Shown piece after piece: positions 1-13,850 of a DNA stretch of 64,000 nucleotides (position 1 is its first letter; each line of letters opens with the position of its first letter). Source of the DNA: Lytechinus pictus (taxonomy: Eukaryota). The notes under the pieces were generated by a model, which had not been told where the DNA came from, made no database searches, and saw only the letters and a list, made by a program, of their open reading frames with translations. Made by a program: the position numbers and the translations under genes. The DNA lies in the NCBI RefSeq assembly GCF_037042905.1, contig NC_087245.1, positions 28,026,001 through 28,090,000 on the forward strand, read 5' to 3'.

Positions 1-3000
1 TGTTGGTCAGGCGTCGCAACTCTCATGTTGCTTCACACGCCCACGAGCAGTGCGGGTAATTCCCCCCATGCTTCATGTCAGCTTCAGCCGCCGTGCTAAG
101 CACCGTGCGGTTCAAGCAGTCACCTGCCCTCTCACGCCGGGCTTTTATTGAAACGCTGCTCACCTACACGGTGACCCCGTTTCTATGCAGGTACTTCCGA
201 CATTCGGCTTTCAAGCCCCAACATGTCAGCGAGCTCTCTGTGACCGACGGCTGGACGTTGCATCCTTACAGGTTGCATCAATACGTCCCCGAGCATTACG
301 GGTTCTTACCCTTTTGTTCTCCGTCATTATAGACCGCCCCTACGCGAAGGCCGGGCTTATCAGCAGCCTCGCACCAGCCGCCGGCCCTTTTCATTTAAAT
401 TGCCGGCCCTTTCACCCGCACGGGTGATTTCACGATATGCACAGGTGCTGCCGACGTATGGGTCTCACCCAGCAAGTCGGCAAGCCCCCGTATGTCGCTG
501 GTTGGACGCTGCAGCCGCTTTGCTGCTTTCTGTTGGTCTGATTGCTGGTGTGGGGCATTGAGCGGATTGAGATTTCTCCCGCCAGCCCGCACTTCGGGGA
601 GCCGTCGGCGAGTTCACCTGTATGGGTATCCCCCATTAATATGCCGGTACTCCCGAATTCGGAATTCGCCCTCTACGTCAAGCTTCACAGTTTGACCGGG
701 CATCGCTTATGGTGACGGCTCTTTCAGCGGTAACTCTCTCCATTTAACCCCTAGGCAGGCCTGTAGATTGGAGGTAAGAATTTCTTACATACGGCATGCC
801 TTCCTTCTTTCGTGAGAATGTTTGGCTGTTTTTGAGAGGGCAACCTATCACGCCCGCTGACCGTCCGCCCAGGCGACGGGAACGTACGTCAGCTTTTGGC
901 CTCAACCTCACTTTCTATACGAAAGTAAGGGTGCCCTGTCTTTACTTTTAACTCGTACTCTTGTAAGGTTAGAGTCAGGGCTAGTACAGACACCCGTTCT
1001 CCAGCGATTGCCGCTGTAGAGAGGGCGACTCTGATATTAGCACCATTACTGCTCAGCGGTATGTCTCACTATCTTGTAGCTCTGCCGAGCTTATGAGCAT
1101 GAATATCGGATCTGAATGTCACAGCGATTTATAGTTCTCCTATACTTAGTAATCGCTATGCCTTCACCACCCGGTGCATTATGGTTATTTTTAACCTGTT
1201 TGTCTCGTATTCGGGCGGCTCGTGCGAGCCCTGCCCGAGCTGCCATTATCGGCAGCCCCCCCCCCCCCCCCCCCCCCGGACCCCGCCAGCAGCACCCGCA
1301 CCGAACACCCGGAGGGAATCGGCTATTTATATGCTTGATACCCCTCCTGTTGACATTCACAGCTTGTTCCTCGAGTCTTTCCCGGTCGGGTAAGCATCAT
1401 CTCGGAGGAAAGAAACAGCCGTATATCTCATTAGATTGTTGGCTGTGTACGTGCGTTCAGGCTTGTTTCAAGCCCCAGGCTTTTTCTGTCGGCATTTCTA
1501 TGCCTACTTCCTGGGCGCACCCACCGTGCCGGGTCGGCGAGTTCACACCAAACTGTCCGCCGCCAGGCCATCGGTCAAGCTCAAACAGTCTATCTGATAG
1601 ACTGCCCTCTATGTGGGTCAAGCTTGTGGGCGTCTCCGCCGCTTCCTCCTTGTGTGGAGTGGGTTACGGTCGATGCATTTACCGTGCCAGTTTGTCGAGT
1701 TGTCTTCTTATTTAGAAGCTTTTTCACTCGGCACACTTGAGTCGCCTCGCAGGCTGCTTTCATCCTCCTTCCATGCTATGTATGTGGCCATGGTCACTGC
1801 GCGACCGAGGATGATGTGATCGTGGATAGATGTTTATGTGCATGCATATGTATATATATATTTGGACTTATATGTATGCGTGTGTGTATGTATGCTTGTG
1901 TCTGTCTAACCAAGATCACCGCGACTCGCTATCTCTCGGGCCGACTGGATGAGTCCCTCCATGAAAGTGATTTACTTCACTGGAGCTCTTATTTTAAGAA
2001 GCTTAGATTCTCATCCCGCTGCTTAGGGCGTCAGTTTTGCCGCCCCCCGCAGCTTCTGGAACTCCTTGTCTTACCGATATCGGACTGTTCCATGCTTTCG
2101 CAACTGGCGCCGGCGGTGCTTGCCCTTGCGATCACCAGAGAAACCAGGCCTTGTGGCTGTTTTCGTAAACAACTGGTTCTCATCGCAGACTGAGGGAAAT
2201 ATTGGTGATTATTTTCCTCAAGTCGCCTTACTCCTCCGCTTGTTTCTTCAAGCAAGGACTTAAACACTCTTAGCCAGTTTCCTTCCCAACCTTAATAGGA
2301 CAGGGCCGTTGTTACCTCACTCGATTCCGTCAGGAACGTAACTGTTGAGGTATCATGTCTGGCGATGTCTGTTGGTTCAGAGCATCTTCCTCATCGACAT
2401 CTCTTGATTGTCGTTTACACGTGAGATCATGACAGAGGCATTTTTTCGCCAGCTCTCCTCTGGCGTACGCTTGCTGCGACTAGGGATTGCTCCGCTCAGC
2501 GGACATCCATCGCAGCCTAGCCTTACGGGCCCTCACGCCGATGGTGGCTTCAGTCAAGCCATCTCCCGCCGCGGGCGCTGCACCCTCGGGCGGTGTTTTT
2601 ATTAGTACGGGAGAGATGGGATCCCGGGTTCTCTCTCGACCGCTTGGTCTATCACACATGTTATGTTGTGATGCGAGCCACGTTTTTTCTCTGACACGCC
2701 AAGTTGAGCTGTTTGACCAGACTGTTCTATTCCACATAGACAGCAGGTCCGTGGCAGTTTCTTTATTAACAGGATGGCACTCAGTCGTTTTTCTCGACAC
2801 ATTGACTGCCTTACGAGTGGTTTACTTCAACCTTACTCTCTGCCGTTCCATGTCCTTATCGGACCGCTGGAAACGTCCTGCCACAGCTCTCTATCAGAAT
2901 TCTGCAGATGTTCTGCCCTCACGCATTTGAGACAGAGATCGACTTCTGGGCGCTTTCCCCCACGCGGGGGCTTCTGAGATATCTCGCATTCCTTACGTTT

Positions 3001-4184
3001 GCATTGTTGCGGCTTGGCTTAATTTATTAAGCCAGTGACCCGACCTTGGCTTTTATTAGCCTCGCCTTGCCTTCTCGGATTGATTGATTGATCACTTACT
3101 GAACCGTACAAGTTTCAGTCTTCCGTTCACGATTCTTGTCAAATTTTTCAACAAAGTCGGAATGTTTTTTGATCATCGGCGATTATCATCCTTCCGGTTA
3201 CGGATGATTAATACCTTCAATCCTAATCTTACAAACTCGTGAGTTTCTTCTCAAATGTTGAGCTTGTATGGCTTAGTCCGTCATGGCGCCTGTCGGTCGT
3301 TCTTGACGCTTGACTAACTCCCTCTTGGGTCGGTATTTAGGGTATCTTTCGTCTATCAGTCGAGATCCCTCCTGTATCTGTTTATCTGTAACCTTTTACA
3401 GTACGTAGCTTTGCATACTTACGCATCGCTCCCGGACATTTGCAGGGATTGGCGTAGATTAGGCGTGACTTCTAACCCTTGTCTTTGTTTGCCATTCTTC
3501 AGACAATTCCCAACTCTGTTCAGTTGGTTGTATTGTCACGCGAGCCGTTTGCGGCAGCTTCTCGAGACATCATTTCACACTGGATTGTCGAAACAATCAA
3601 GTCAGTTGGTAATGATGTTCTCCTTCTGACACTAGCCCATGATACCAAAGTATCGTTTCTTCTTGGGCTCTTTTCAATGGAATCGTCGTTGACGACATCT
3701 TGAGGACCGCCTTTTGGCGCTCTTCTAATTCCTTCACTTCCTTGTTCTTAAGGACTCTACTTCGCATAAGGCTTTATTTGCCTCCTCTGTCCTTAAGGCA
3801 GCGGCCTTCGTGTCTTCATCTCCCTATTTTGTATGCACTTTCTTAGTCTAGACATGCCTCCCTTCACGTTGAATCCGTGTTGGTCTAGCAAATCAAATGA
3901 GTATATCCCAGTTATTGATAGTAAATTATGAAAATACTTACCATGATTTTCTTATTTACGAGATAACTGGATATACTCATTTGAACCCGACCCCTCACCT
4001 TGCGTTCAGGCTCATAAGAGGAAATGGACGCCTATTTGCGTGATGATCTTGGGATAGTGCGCGCAGGAAAAATTGTGTACTTTTATTCGGCGTGCAAGTT
4101 AATCGTAATGAACTAGCAAATCAAATGAGTATATATCCAGTATATCTCGTAAATAAGAAAATCATGGTAAGTATTTTCATAATT
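1..4184 (+). mobile_element. Decayed DIRS1-type (tyrosine-recombinase) retrotransposon, 3' part, lying in an intron of the giant gene
   Basis: Frameshifted YR C-terminal motifs at 3400-3760: ...SRDIISHWIVETIKS...AHDTK, then SWALFNGIVVDDILRTAFWRSSNSFTS. 3924-3984 is the near-perfect reverse complement of 4121-4184, as expected for an ICR and right terminal repeat. Richer in GC/CpG than the other introns. No intact RT ORF; left end not located. Confidence 0.65.
3885..4184. repeat. Internal complementary region and right terminal repeat of the DIRS-like element
   Basis: aattatgaaaatacttaccatgattttcttatttacgagata...tatactcatttga (3924-3984) pairs with tcaaatgagtata...tatctcgtaaataagaaaatcatggtaagtattttcataatt (4121-4184). 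ctagcaaatcaaatgagtatat is directly repeated at 3885 and 4113. Confidence 0.8.
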
Positions 4185-4341
4185 CAAGATCATTGGTATA
4201 AGGATCCCATGCCTTTGCCCTGTCAAAATGTTTATCTTCTAGTCAAATTGCTGTTATATTTGGGTGTTGAAATTGATGAATGGAAAGTGATTAAACAATA
4301 ATGTTTTAAAATGTTTCCTCTTTTTTGTTTTTCCCCTTTAG

Positions 4342-7300
4342 ATGCATATCAGCAATTGTGGAAGAGAAACAGATCGCGTTGCACGTTTGGCTGTGCCATT
4401 TCCATCTCTCAGTCTGCAAACTCTTCACATCCGTGACAAAGGAAAAGTCATGGTCATATGTACTCTGAACAATGATGCAACATGCATTAGTGTTGGTCAT
4501 GTCATCGGAGACAGAACTGGTAGTATTGAAATAGCAAATGGTGCTTCATTATTTCTTGGTGTTTGTGGATCCTCTGGCTGTGAATATGAAGAACAAACTG
4601 AGATGGATCTTGCAGTAAACGTTATTGTTCAATATGGGGCTTACATTAAGATACCAAGCTATCTTACATTGAGAGGTGTGACCTTTGACATCTGTGGCGC
4701 AGTAGATGGTGTCCAAGATGGAAGAGTTGACATTCGGAGGGATGGTGCCTTTCTAGCAAGTTATCCTGCAAGGACTGGGCCACAAAACTCAGATGTTAGT
4801 GAGCTCGGCATTCTCAGAATAAATAATGTACATGTGTATCAAGATGGCAGATTGGATGTGTCTGATAGGTGTCCATACAACGTAAAACTCATTCTTGACT
4901 TTGCTACATTTGAAACTCTCTATGGGTCACAGTTTAACCCAGGATCATTTGAGTTGATTACAGCAACGCCATGGACAGAGCCTGTTGGAGATCCTTTAGA
5001 TGATGTTCTTTGTATGACTGATGGAAACCTAGTCTTGCTGTCTGGTCAGACCTGCTCCCTGCCTGCTGGCAGCTATGACTATCATTCCATTATGATTCAT
5101 GGTGGAGCTGTCCTCAAGATCCTAGGAAATGAAACTGGTGATAATATCACTGTGATTTCAGTCGTAGACCTTCATATCAATCCTGGAGGTCTGATTGATG
5201 GGAAAGGAGCAGGTTTGAGATTTGTTGGAGACACGCCATCACCAGAAGGGGGTAGCTATGGGGGTCATGGTGGCAATACAGAACATCCTCCATTTGGAAG
5301 TGCCATCGATCCACTGGATTATGGTTCTTATGGCTCTGGAGGTAGAGGAGGTGGGCAGCTGAAGCTTGTTATTGCGAGATGTGCAGTTATCAACGGGGAT
5401 ATCAGCATGGATGGTGGTGATTCGACTTTGCAGAACCAAGGTGCTGGAAGTGGTGGTAGTATTCTCATTCAAACACCTTGTCTTGTGGGTTATGGTACCA
5501 TTTCAAGCCGAGGAGGAAATGCATTAGCAAACTCTGGAGGTGGTGGAGGGGGAGGAGGAAGGATCTCTGTCCATTTCACAGATGATGGCAACAACTTCAT
5601 GGGTTCCTTTGAAGTTGATGGTGGACACGGTTCAGGCTCAAGTGGTACCATCTACCAGCAATCATATGATGGAGAAAGATATCTCATCTTAGCTGGGTTA
5701 ACAGATACCCCTACACCAATAACGTCAGACACGTTGAATAACATAGATCTGGTTGATATTCTGAAGGTAACAGAAGGATATCAAGTGGCATTAGACCTGA
5801 ATATTACCATAGGACAACTGGGAGGTGATTTGAGTGGTCATGTACTGCTGCCTGGTCATTCAACCATGCAATTAGATTCTGTTGAGTTTGATCACCTTGG
5901 AGCACAGTGCAGTTTTGAAATTACCGAACATGCCAGACTCATCCTTCCGCCATCAATTTTGATGCCAGGGACAGTGAATTTGGAAGGCCTGCTAGAAACA
6001 GAAGATTTCATCCTTGGGGAAGGGGCATCAGCTACTGTATCAGGTACTCTCATGGCAATATCTGTCAGATTACAAAGGAACTCATATCTCACTAGCTACG
6101 AGAATGCTACATTTGGTAGGATGGCGATACCTGGAACCATGGACATTGAAAGCCTTATCATTGACGTCAATGCCCATCTTGATCTTAGTAAAAGCTACCA
6201 AATACATGCATCAGACTTCCAAATGCATGAGTCATCAGAACTGAGTGTGAATTCAGATCGTAAGATGTTTTCCATCATCTGCGGAGATGCCTACATAGCA
6301 AGAGATGCCCAAATATCTGCTGACGCTGGTGGTCTTGGTGATGGCCCAGGAAGCCCTTCAGACCACAGATCTGGTGCAAGCCATGGCGGCGAAGGTGGTG
6401 TGTATGCAGGAATAGCAGGTGTAACCTATGGTTCTAGCACTGTTGCTTCCACGCCAGGTTGTGGAGTCAAATATGGTTCTTCAGAAGTTCGAGGAGGAGG
6501 AACAATATCTTTTGAAGTTGAATCAGATCTGATATTGGAAGGGATGCTTTCTGCAAATGGACAAGACTCTTCAGGAACTATTGGTAGTGGCTCTGGAGGA
6601 AGTATAAACATCCAGGTAAATGGTGTCTTTGAGGGTCATGGTACAATCAGATCTAATGGAGGGACAGCAAGAGGATCATCAACATCGGGTGGTGGAGGGG
6701 GTCGCATCTCTCTTTCATCAAGTATCAGTCACTTTTATGGTATAATTGAAGCTCATGGAGGTGGCGGACATTCCAATGGTGCAGCTGGTACAGTTTATGC
6801 CACAACCACTATAGGTAACTCTGGACAAAGCTCCTTGACTGTGGATAATGGTGGTATGTTAACTGTTAGTAGTACTGTATTTAATTCAAATGAGACAGAT
6901 ATTACTTTTAATGATGTTGTGTTGAGGAAATATGGAAAACTCAGATTTAACAGTTCATCACATTCCACAATCACAATTAACAATCTGCATGGAGACAATA
7001 CAGGATTACTTCAGGTTATTGATAACCAAAAACTGTTCCTTGCCAGAGATCAAGCAGTTGCAACATTTTACTACATAACATGTGCTCTTGAGGTTATGGA
7101 AAGTGCAGAGATATACCTTCCACCAAACATTTACATCTCAGAAAATATGTTTACAGAAACCTCATTTAAACTTTCCGGTCAGTTAACTGATGTAGCAAAC
7201 ATTGTTATTGGATCCAGTGCATCTATGGTTATCAGTGTCACAGCCCATTCTGCAATACTTCTGGATCGTAATGAGCTAATTATCAATCCACCAGGATCTT

Positions 7301-8359
7301 TCTCAGCTACCTCAATCCAAGTTCATGGAAACGGCCTGTTACAATTTGAGAATTCTACAGAATTATTTATCAATCTGGAATTGCTGAGTAGTTTGGAAGT
7401 CAGATACGGTGGTAAAGTGGAAAGTGGATGGCTTGAAATCAATACCCCTTCTGTTGTTGTGGAGTATGGGGGAATGATATCAAGTTCTGGTAGAGGCTTT
7501 GGACCAGGTGAAGGGCCATGCCCGGGTCAGAGTGTCTCTGGGGGTGGTTCCGGCGCTTGTCATGGTGGATCTGGTGGTTTTGCATCCAGTGGTGCAACAA
7601 CTCTTCAAAGGACAACAGGTAGTCTGTATGGCACAAGGGACTTTGGAAGTGGGGGCGGAAGTAGCGATACTGGAGCCGGTGGAGTTGGTGGTGGAGTGAT
7701 TTCTATTTCATCAGAGACTATAAGGATTGATGGAACTATTAATGCTGATGGCCAGAGTGGAAACAGGGCAGGTGGTGGAGGAAGTGGTGGTGCTATCCAC
7801 ATCATGACAGAACATTTCTCAGGATCAGGTGTTCTTAGAGCAACTGGTGGGAATGGTGGGGAAATAGCTGGTGGGGGAGGAGGAGGGGGTCGCATCGCTG
7901 CAATCCTTTCTTCTGCTAGTAAATTCAAAGGTACCTATGTTACCCATGGTGGAAGTGCCCGTGACGGCAACCAAGGAGGCTCTTCAGGCACTGCTTTGCA
8001 ACAAACTCAGATAGGAATCACAACATCTAATGAACTCTATATCAGCAATGAGGGTGCTGATTCCATTTCACCCCTTGTTACCCTGATAAACGAGACACAG
8101 AATGAACCCTTTATATTTTCCAAGTTGACACTTCTCAGTAAAGTTCGCCTGGAACTTGAGGGCGAGAATATTGAAGTCGTGATTGAGAAACTGGAGAGTG
8201 ATTCATCCTGCCAAATTCAAGTTCATGACACAATGGTACTAAGCGTGGAGAACGAGCAAGAGAGAGGTGTCTTTCATTGTAGCTTTTTGGTGGATCCTGA
8301 AGGAGAAATCAGACTACCCTCAAGTGTTGCCTTCCAGGGTGCAAGCAATCAGATATCTG
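4342..8359 (+). CDS. Exon 1 in window (internal exon): Gly-rich repeats 1-3
   Basis: Acceptor ttccccttttag ends at 4341; donor G|gtaaga at 8360; 4018-nt open frame with three GGGGGRI motifs. Confidence 0.9.
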
Positions 8360-8663
8360 GTAAGAATGATATTGTAGAATTGTAGAATATTGTTGAATCC
8401 TTCTAATATGCACTTTTCATATTTTAAAAAAAACTTACACCCTGCCAAATTGTATTTGAATTCAGTTGGAAGGATTGTTTTCAGGAAAATGAAAAATATG
8501 AACAAATTGGTCTTTGAGAACTCACCGATTTTTTTCATACCTGTACATGCACTATTTTCATACCTGTACATGCACTATTTTCATAGCTACACATATGTAA
8601 TCATGAATTCAAACATGGTATCCATTATCATCTTGTTTTATACTTTGTCTTTCTCTGATGCAG

Positions 8664-8995
8664 GTACTTTAACCAACATTTTTGAGCTTGTAGTTGGTGC
8701 CCACCAGTTTCTGTCACTTTCCTCTGAGGCTCGTACTGCAGTGTACGTCGGCGGAGGCTACACTTTTATCTCCCCTCGTGGAGTGTACAGCTTGGCATCC
8801 ATCGTTATCCAGGAGCATGCTACTCTTTCTCTGTCTGGGAGGAGTGCAAACATGTCTGTAGGAAGACTTCAGGTGGACTATGGAGGAAGTCTCTCCATAC
8901 CTGAATTGTACCTGGAGGGTAACAACGTCATAGTGAATCCTGGAGGTTCTATTGATCTGACTGGAGGCAGTTTAGAAGGGCCAGGTCAGGGCATG
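8664..8995 (+). CDS. Exon 2
   Basis: Acceptor tgcag|GT ACT (phase 1, GTLTNIFELVVG); donor ATG|gtaggt (phase 0) matches the next exon. Confidence 0.85.
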
Positions 8996-9666
8996 GTAGG
9001 TAAACCCTTTGATAAAGTTGCTCATATAGATGTGGGGTTAAGAAATCCGCCTTTGTCTTAAAAGAAACTTTGCAGATCTACTTGGAATTTTGAGGGTCAC
9101 TTCTTATTTTACTATAATGGGGATTCATATTGTATGTCTGAAGATTTGATAAGATACTTACATCTACATACATGTACTACTTCTAGCAATTACCCTTTCA
9201 GGATTAACTTTCAAACAAAAAGTCCATGGCAACCAGTCTACATGCCTGCATTAACACCTGTAGTAATTTTGGCTCACAGTCATAGATTTTTTTTAAACAT
9301 CTCTTTGTTGAAAGAAAGACTACTCATCTTTGATATGAGAAACTATCAGCAACATTGACCTTGAGCCCAAAATAACAGAAGTATTTTTATGGCAGGCATA
9401 TCGATTAGATGCTATAGACTTCTACATGAAAACAAGTGTCTTTCACTGCACTTGTAGGGTGATTAGGATTTAACCCTACACAGTAAATTGCTTGGACTCT
9501 ATACTTACATACATTTGAGCATTTCTAAGATAATTGTTTGCATGTCAATTGATGCATGTTGCAATATACAATGTACATGTAAAGACACTGTACCTTTCTC
9601 GTGCTGGGTAATCATGGTCCATTCATACTATATGCTTATTAATATCTTACTCTGTCTTCCAAATAG

Positions 9667-9859
9667 GGTGGAACTGGCGGAGGTCATGGAGGTTACGGGG
9701 GATCACCCCAGGGGGAGAGCATGCTGGGAGGAGCTGCGTATGGTGATGTCATGAAACCTGACAAAGGGGGTAGCAGGGGAGGAAATGGAACCGATGGATA
9801 TGGTGGAGCTGGAGGTGGATTCTTGTCTGTTACCCTTACAGGTGTCGCAACCATAAATG
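9667..9859 (+). CDS. Exon 3
   Basis: aatag|GGTGGGHGGYGG...YGDVMKP...TIN G|gtgagt. Confidence 0.88.
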
Positions 9860-10215
9860 GTGAGTTAATTATATTCTGCAGAGTTGATGTCCATTTAGTA
9901 AATCACCGTCCATTCCCGTGTTTGCCTCTTTTTTTAACTACTGCCCAATTTGAAAAAACGTTGAGATTTTAATGATAATTTGATAAAATATTCACCATTT
10001 ATGTATATTCAATCTCCACTTGACAAATTCATCAGGCCTTGATCATCATAGCTTTTCATGTGAACTAGAAAACCCAAACAAATCATTTCTGATACATGTA
10101 GGTCTTGTATATAAGGAGTCAGACATACATGTGTACTTTGCGGTATTACCCTCAGATTGCATTCTTTACAAATTTACCCAAATTTATCCAAAGTTTTATT
10201 ATTGTTTTTTAACAG

Positions 10216-10396
10216 GCATGATCATAGTTGATGGGCTGCCAGGGACAGGATCAAGCGGAGGAGGAAGTGGAGGTGGTATTATCTTAGATGTTCAAGACCT
10301 GAGTGGCCATGGCTCTATTTTGGCTCGAGGAGGAAACGGGGCTGGGACTGGTGGTGGAGGTTCAGGTGGAAGGATTGCTATTCATTCTCAAAACAG
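10216..10396 (+). CDS. Exon 4
   Basis: aacag|(G)MIIVDG...GGSGGRIAIHSQN AG|gtaagc (phase 2). Confidence 0.9.
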
Positions 10397-10703
10397 GTAA
10401 GCTCATAAAAACTCACTAACATTGTTCCTTGTTCAGACAGGTTGAGAAAAGTACATGTAGATTGGAAATCTGCCTGGTTATGCCACTCTGGAAGACAACT
10501 TTGATTTTAGTTCAAACGTGATCATACATTGTTGTCTCAACTAATTATTCCAGCTATTTGGAGATTACTAACTGCTGCTACTTGCGCGAACAGGCTGCCA
10601 ATGTACACCATCTCCATATTTAATGACATTCGTATTGAATATACCAAAATCTGGCTCAAGATCAATGCTTGAAATATGCCTTTTAATACTCTTGTCTCTG
10701 CAG

Positions 10704-10939
10704 TTTAAGCTATGCAGGATCCTATGAAACCAGAGGAGGTGGAAGCAACATCCCGAGTCCCGAGACCTACATAGGCGCAGCTGGAACTGTATATTTAGCA
10801 GATAAACTGAGTGGTATTCCAAGACACAGGATGATCATTGATGGATCTCAAAGAAGCAGCATCCCTCAGCAGGCTTTCACTATTCTGAGATCTGATCAGG
10901 GCATTCGAGATTTTGCTTTGGATTCACTAGACATTCGAG
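10704..10939 (+). CDS. Exon 5 (absent from the ORF track)
   Basis: ctgcag|T then LSYAGSYETRGG...GAAGTVYLAD...MIIDG...FALDSLDIR G|gtaaaa; supplies the GTVY segment present in every other repeat. Confidence 0.88.
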
Positions 10940-11454
10940 GTAAAATCCCTAATATACATTGCATGCCATGCCTCTAGGTTGCCTGAAGGATTTTGATATT
11001 GATTTATGTAAAATAAAATGTTTACACATGTAGCAAAGCGACTTTTGCGCCTAGTGTCGCCAGTAAGGTGCCTAGTGGCATGCAGTGGCTTAAACTGAAT
11101 GCCAACTGGCACGTGAAGATGCGTAACGGCACCAAAAATTGAACTTGGAGTGACAAAAATTTTTAAACCATGAGGATAAGTAATGAAATCCTATTGCTAG
11201 ATTCCTATGAGAAAGACATTACTCTGACATTTGACCAGTTGCCTAGGAGTCATCACATTCTTTTCACCTGCATGTATTGTAAGACATAATGTAGGTCTCA
11301 CAATTGTGAATCCAGGTTCAGAAGACATGCCTTCGTGTGAGAGGAATGAACATTCAAAAGGTGTCAAATTTGCCCATAACCTTGATTTTTCAAAGGAAAA
11401 TGTTCGTATTGAATGTATCTTTTTGCTCTGCTTTTATTTTTTTATTTTGTGCAG

Positions 11455-13332
11455 GACATGTATTCTTAGAGCTTGGTCACCCAGATTCATCTTTGAACAT
11501 TGGAACAATGTCTGGTGACAGGACAGGTACCCTGGTAGTTCGGGATCAACAATTACTGGAGGTAGATACGTTGATACCAGCCAATACATCATCTTTGACC
11601 CAGTGTAACTTTGAAGTTGGAAGAGAAGGCATCTTGACATTCCCTGGGTTGCTCTCCATTGATCAGACAACCCTGGTTGTAGCTGGAATGCTTGCTGTAG
11701 AACATGTGGCTGTAGAGGAAAATGGCAGGCTGACGTTTCTTGAAGGAGCCACCATTGTGAGCAGAAATGAGAGCAGCTTTGTACCACTTTCAGCGACAGG
11801 GGAATTCTACTTCTCATCTTTAACACTGAAACAGGGTTCAACTTTTGATCCTGCTGGAGGATTAGTTATAAGAGGTGGACTGTTCCATTTGAAGATAGGT
11901 GTTGTTTTGGATTTGGACTATCTCGAGGTCAGGACCAATGAACTCATAGTTGAAGAAGGAGCCATATTAAGTACCAGTGGTAGGAGCATGGTCAATCAAA
12001 TTCATAATATGGATGGAAGCTGTAGAGGTGGTGGCCATGGTGGTCCAGGGGGTATCGGCGATGGTCAACATCCTGCTGAGGCTATGCCATCATTTGGTAC
12101 AATATATGAGCCCTCATTGTATGGAACACGAGGAGAGGGCACTCAAGGTGGATATGGAGGTTCAGCAATTACTGTAAGTAGTGACAACATCAGGATCGAT
12201 GGTGTCCTAGAGGCTAATGGACATGACTCCGTTCATGGAGGTGGGAGTGGTGGGAGTGTGTGGGTAATTGCTCGACGTGATCTTAGTGGTAATGGTCTTA
12301 TCTCAGCCTCCGGGGGTTCCTCATCGTCACCCAGCTGTGGTAGTGGTGGAGGTGGTAGAATAGCCATACACATATTACCAAGGGCATCATACCTCTATCA
12401 TGGAACCTACAATGCTGCTGGAGGAAGTGGTAGTGGTGGATATGGTGGTCCTGGATCTATCTACTTCAAGCGGTACAAAGAGGAAGATTACACAGATGAA
12501 CTTGTGATTGACAACAGCAATGGTCAATCTCTCCTGTACTTCACCTTGAATGAAACCTGGACTGAAGGTCATCTTGACATTTTAGAACTGAACAACCATG
12601 CTCTCTTTCATCTTCCTGAAGATGGTCAGGTCAGAGAACTTGATTTAAGGAAGGTAGAAGGAGATGGCACAGGTCTTCTGCATGTCCATTCCAATCACAC
12701 TGTACTCTATGAACAGACTTTCGGTGAAAATCAGACTCACACAACTGTCAATACTAACCTTATCATTGACGATGGTGGAACAATTATTTTCTCGACTCTG
12801 ACATTCATATCAGGTAAAGGATCCGTACATACAGCTCTTGACCTTGAAGGCAGGATGCTAGGGGTACACAACCTTATCCTCACCGAAGGTCGTACCATGA
12901 AAGTGTCAAACACTGCTGTTGCGAGTACAGACATTGACAACACCACAACTCCAGGTCAGTTTACATTCGGTAGTGTTGAGCTTCATGCAGGCAGCCGATG
13001 GGAGTTTGAAACCAACATGGGATCTGTTCTTAACATGGGCTCTCTTGACGTCAAATTCGGTGCAACGATATCAGCTGACTATGTCATCGCAGAAGTGAAC
13101 TCTGTGGATGTTGAGATAGGATCTGTCATTGCTTGCTCAGGCACTGAACGACGGGAATCCTCATCAGCAGAAAGAGAGGGCATTCCATCAAGTGCAGATG
13201 CAGGTTCTGGCCATGGATCTTTCGGTGGGACTGGTCCTGATGGTGTTACTGGTGGTGGTTCCCCTTATGGATCTCTCTACTGGCCGACAAGAAGAGGTAG
13301 TGATGCCTATACTGGTGGACGAAAGGGAGGAG
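11455..13332 (+). CDS. Exon 6
   Basis: gtgcag|(G)HVFLELG...GDRTG...GRKGG G|gtaaga. Confidence 0.9.
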
Positions 13333-13471
13333 GTAAGAAATTTTAAATTGTCTATTTCTAAATGTATGTGCTTCAACTGTTCTTTCTACATAGAATACTG
13401 TTTTGGCACTCAAAATAATGCAGTCATTGTGCTTTTGATAAAATTAATATCTCTTAAAACTCCTAGTTCCT

Positions 13472-13663
13472 CAATTATAATTCCCACGTTACATATTTCG
13501 ATCTGCTTTGATTATTTTCTCTGTAGTTGACTTGTTAATACAGTATTTCTCTCAAATGACAAAGAATATAAGGATATGAATCAATTATGATTCCCACGTT
13601 ACATATTTCGATCTGCTTTGATTATTTCCTCTCAAATGACAAAGAATATAAGGATATGAATCA
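13472..13663. repeat. Local tandem duplication (80-110 bp units) in intron
   Basis: attcccacgttacatatttcgatctgctttgattattt and ctctcaaatgacaaagaatataaggatatgaatca each occur twice in tandem; the second copy lacks a ~30-bp spacer. Confidence 0.85.
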
Positions 13664-13736
13664 TGCTATATGATATGACTGTATGTTATTATTATTGTTG
13701 TGCTTTGTAATTTTCTGTTCATATTCACAACTATAG

Positions 13737-13850
13737 GCACAGTACACATCATTTCCAATGAGCTGATTATTGATGGTACTATCTCAGCCAGTGGCGCTGA
13801 GGGAGGGGCTAGCGGAGGAAGTGTCCTTGTTCAGGCATATCTTTTTATAG
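13737..13850 (+). CDS. Exon 7 (absent from the ORF track)
   Basis: ctatag|(G)TVHIISNELIIDGTISASGAEGGASGGSVLVQAYLFI G|gtgagc. Confidence 0.88.

Noticed and set aside
1116..1715. 199-aa ORF with poly-Pro as a real gene
   Set aside because: The poly-Pro comes from a C homopolymer inside the decayed retroelement region; no domain signal.
4342..4344. ATG at 4342 as the gene's start codon
   Set aside because: It directly follows a polypyrimidine/AG acceptor, there is no signal peptide, and the sequence begins mid-repeat.
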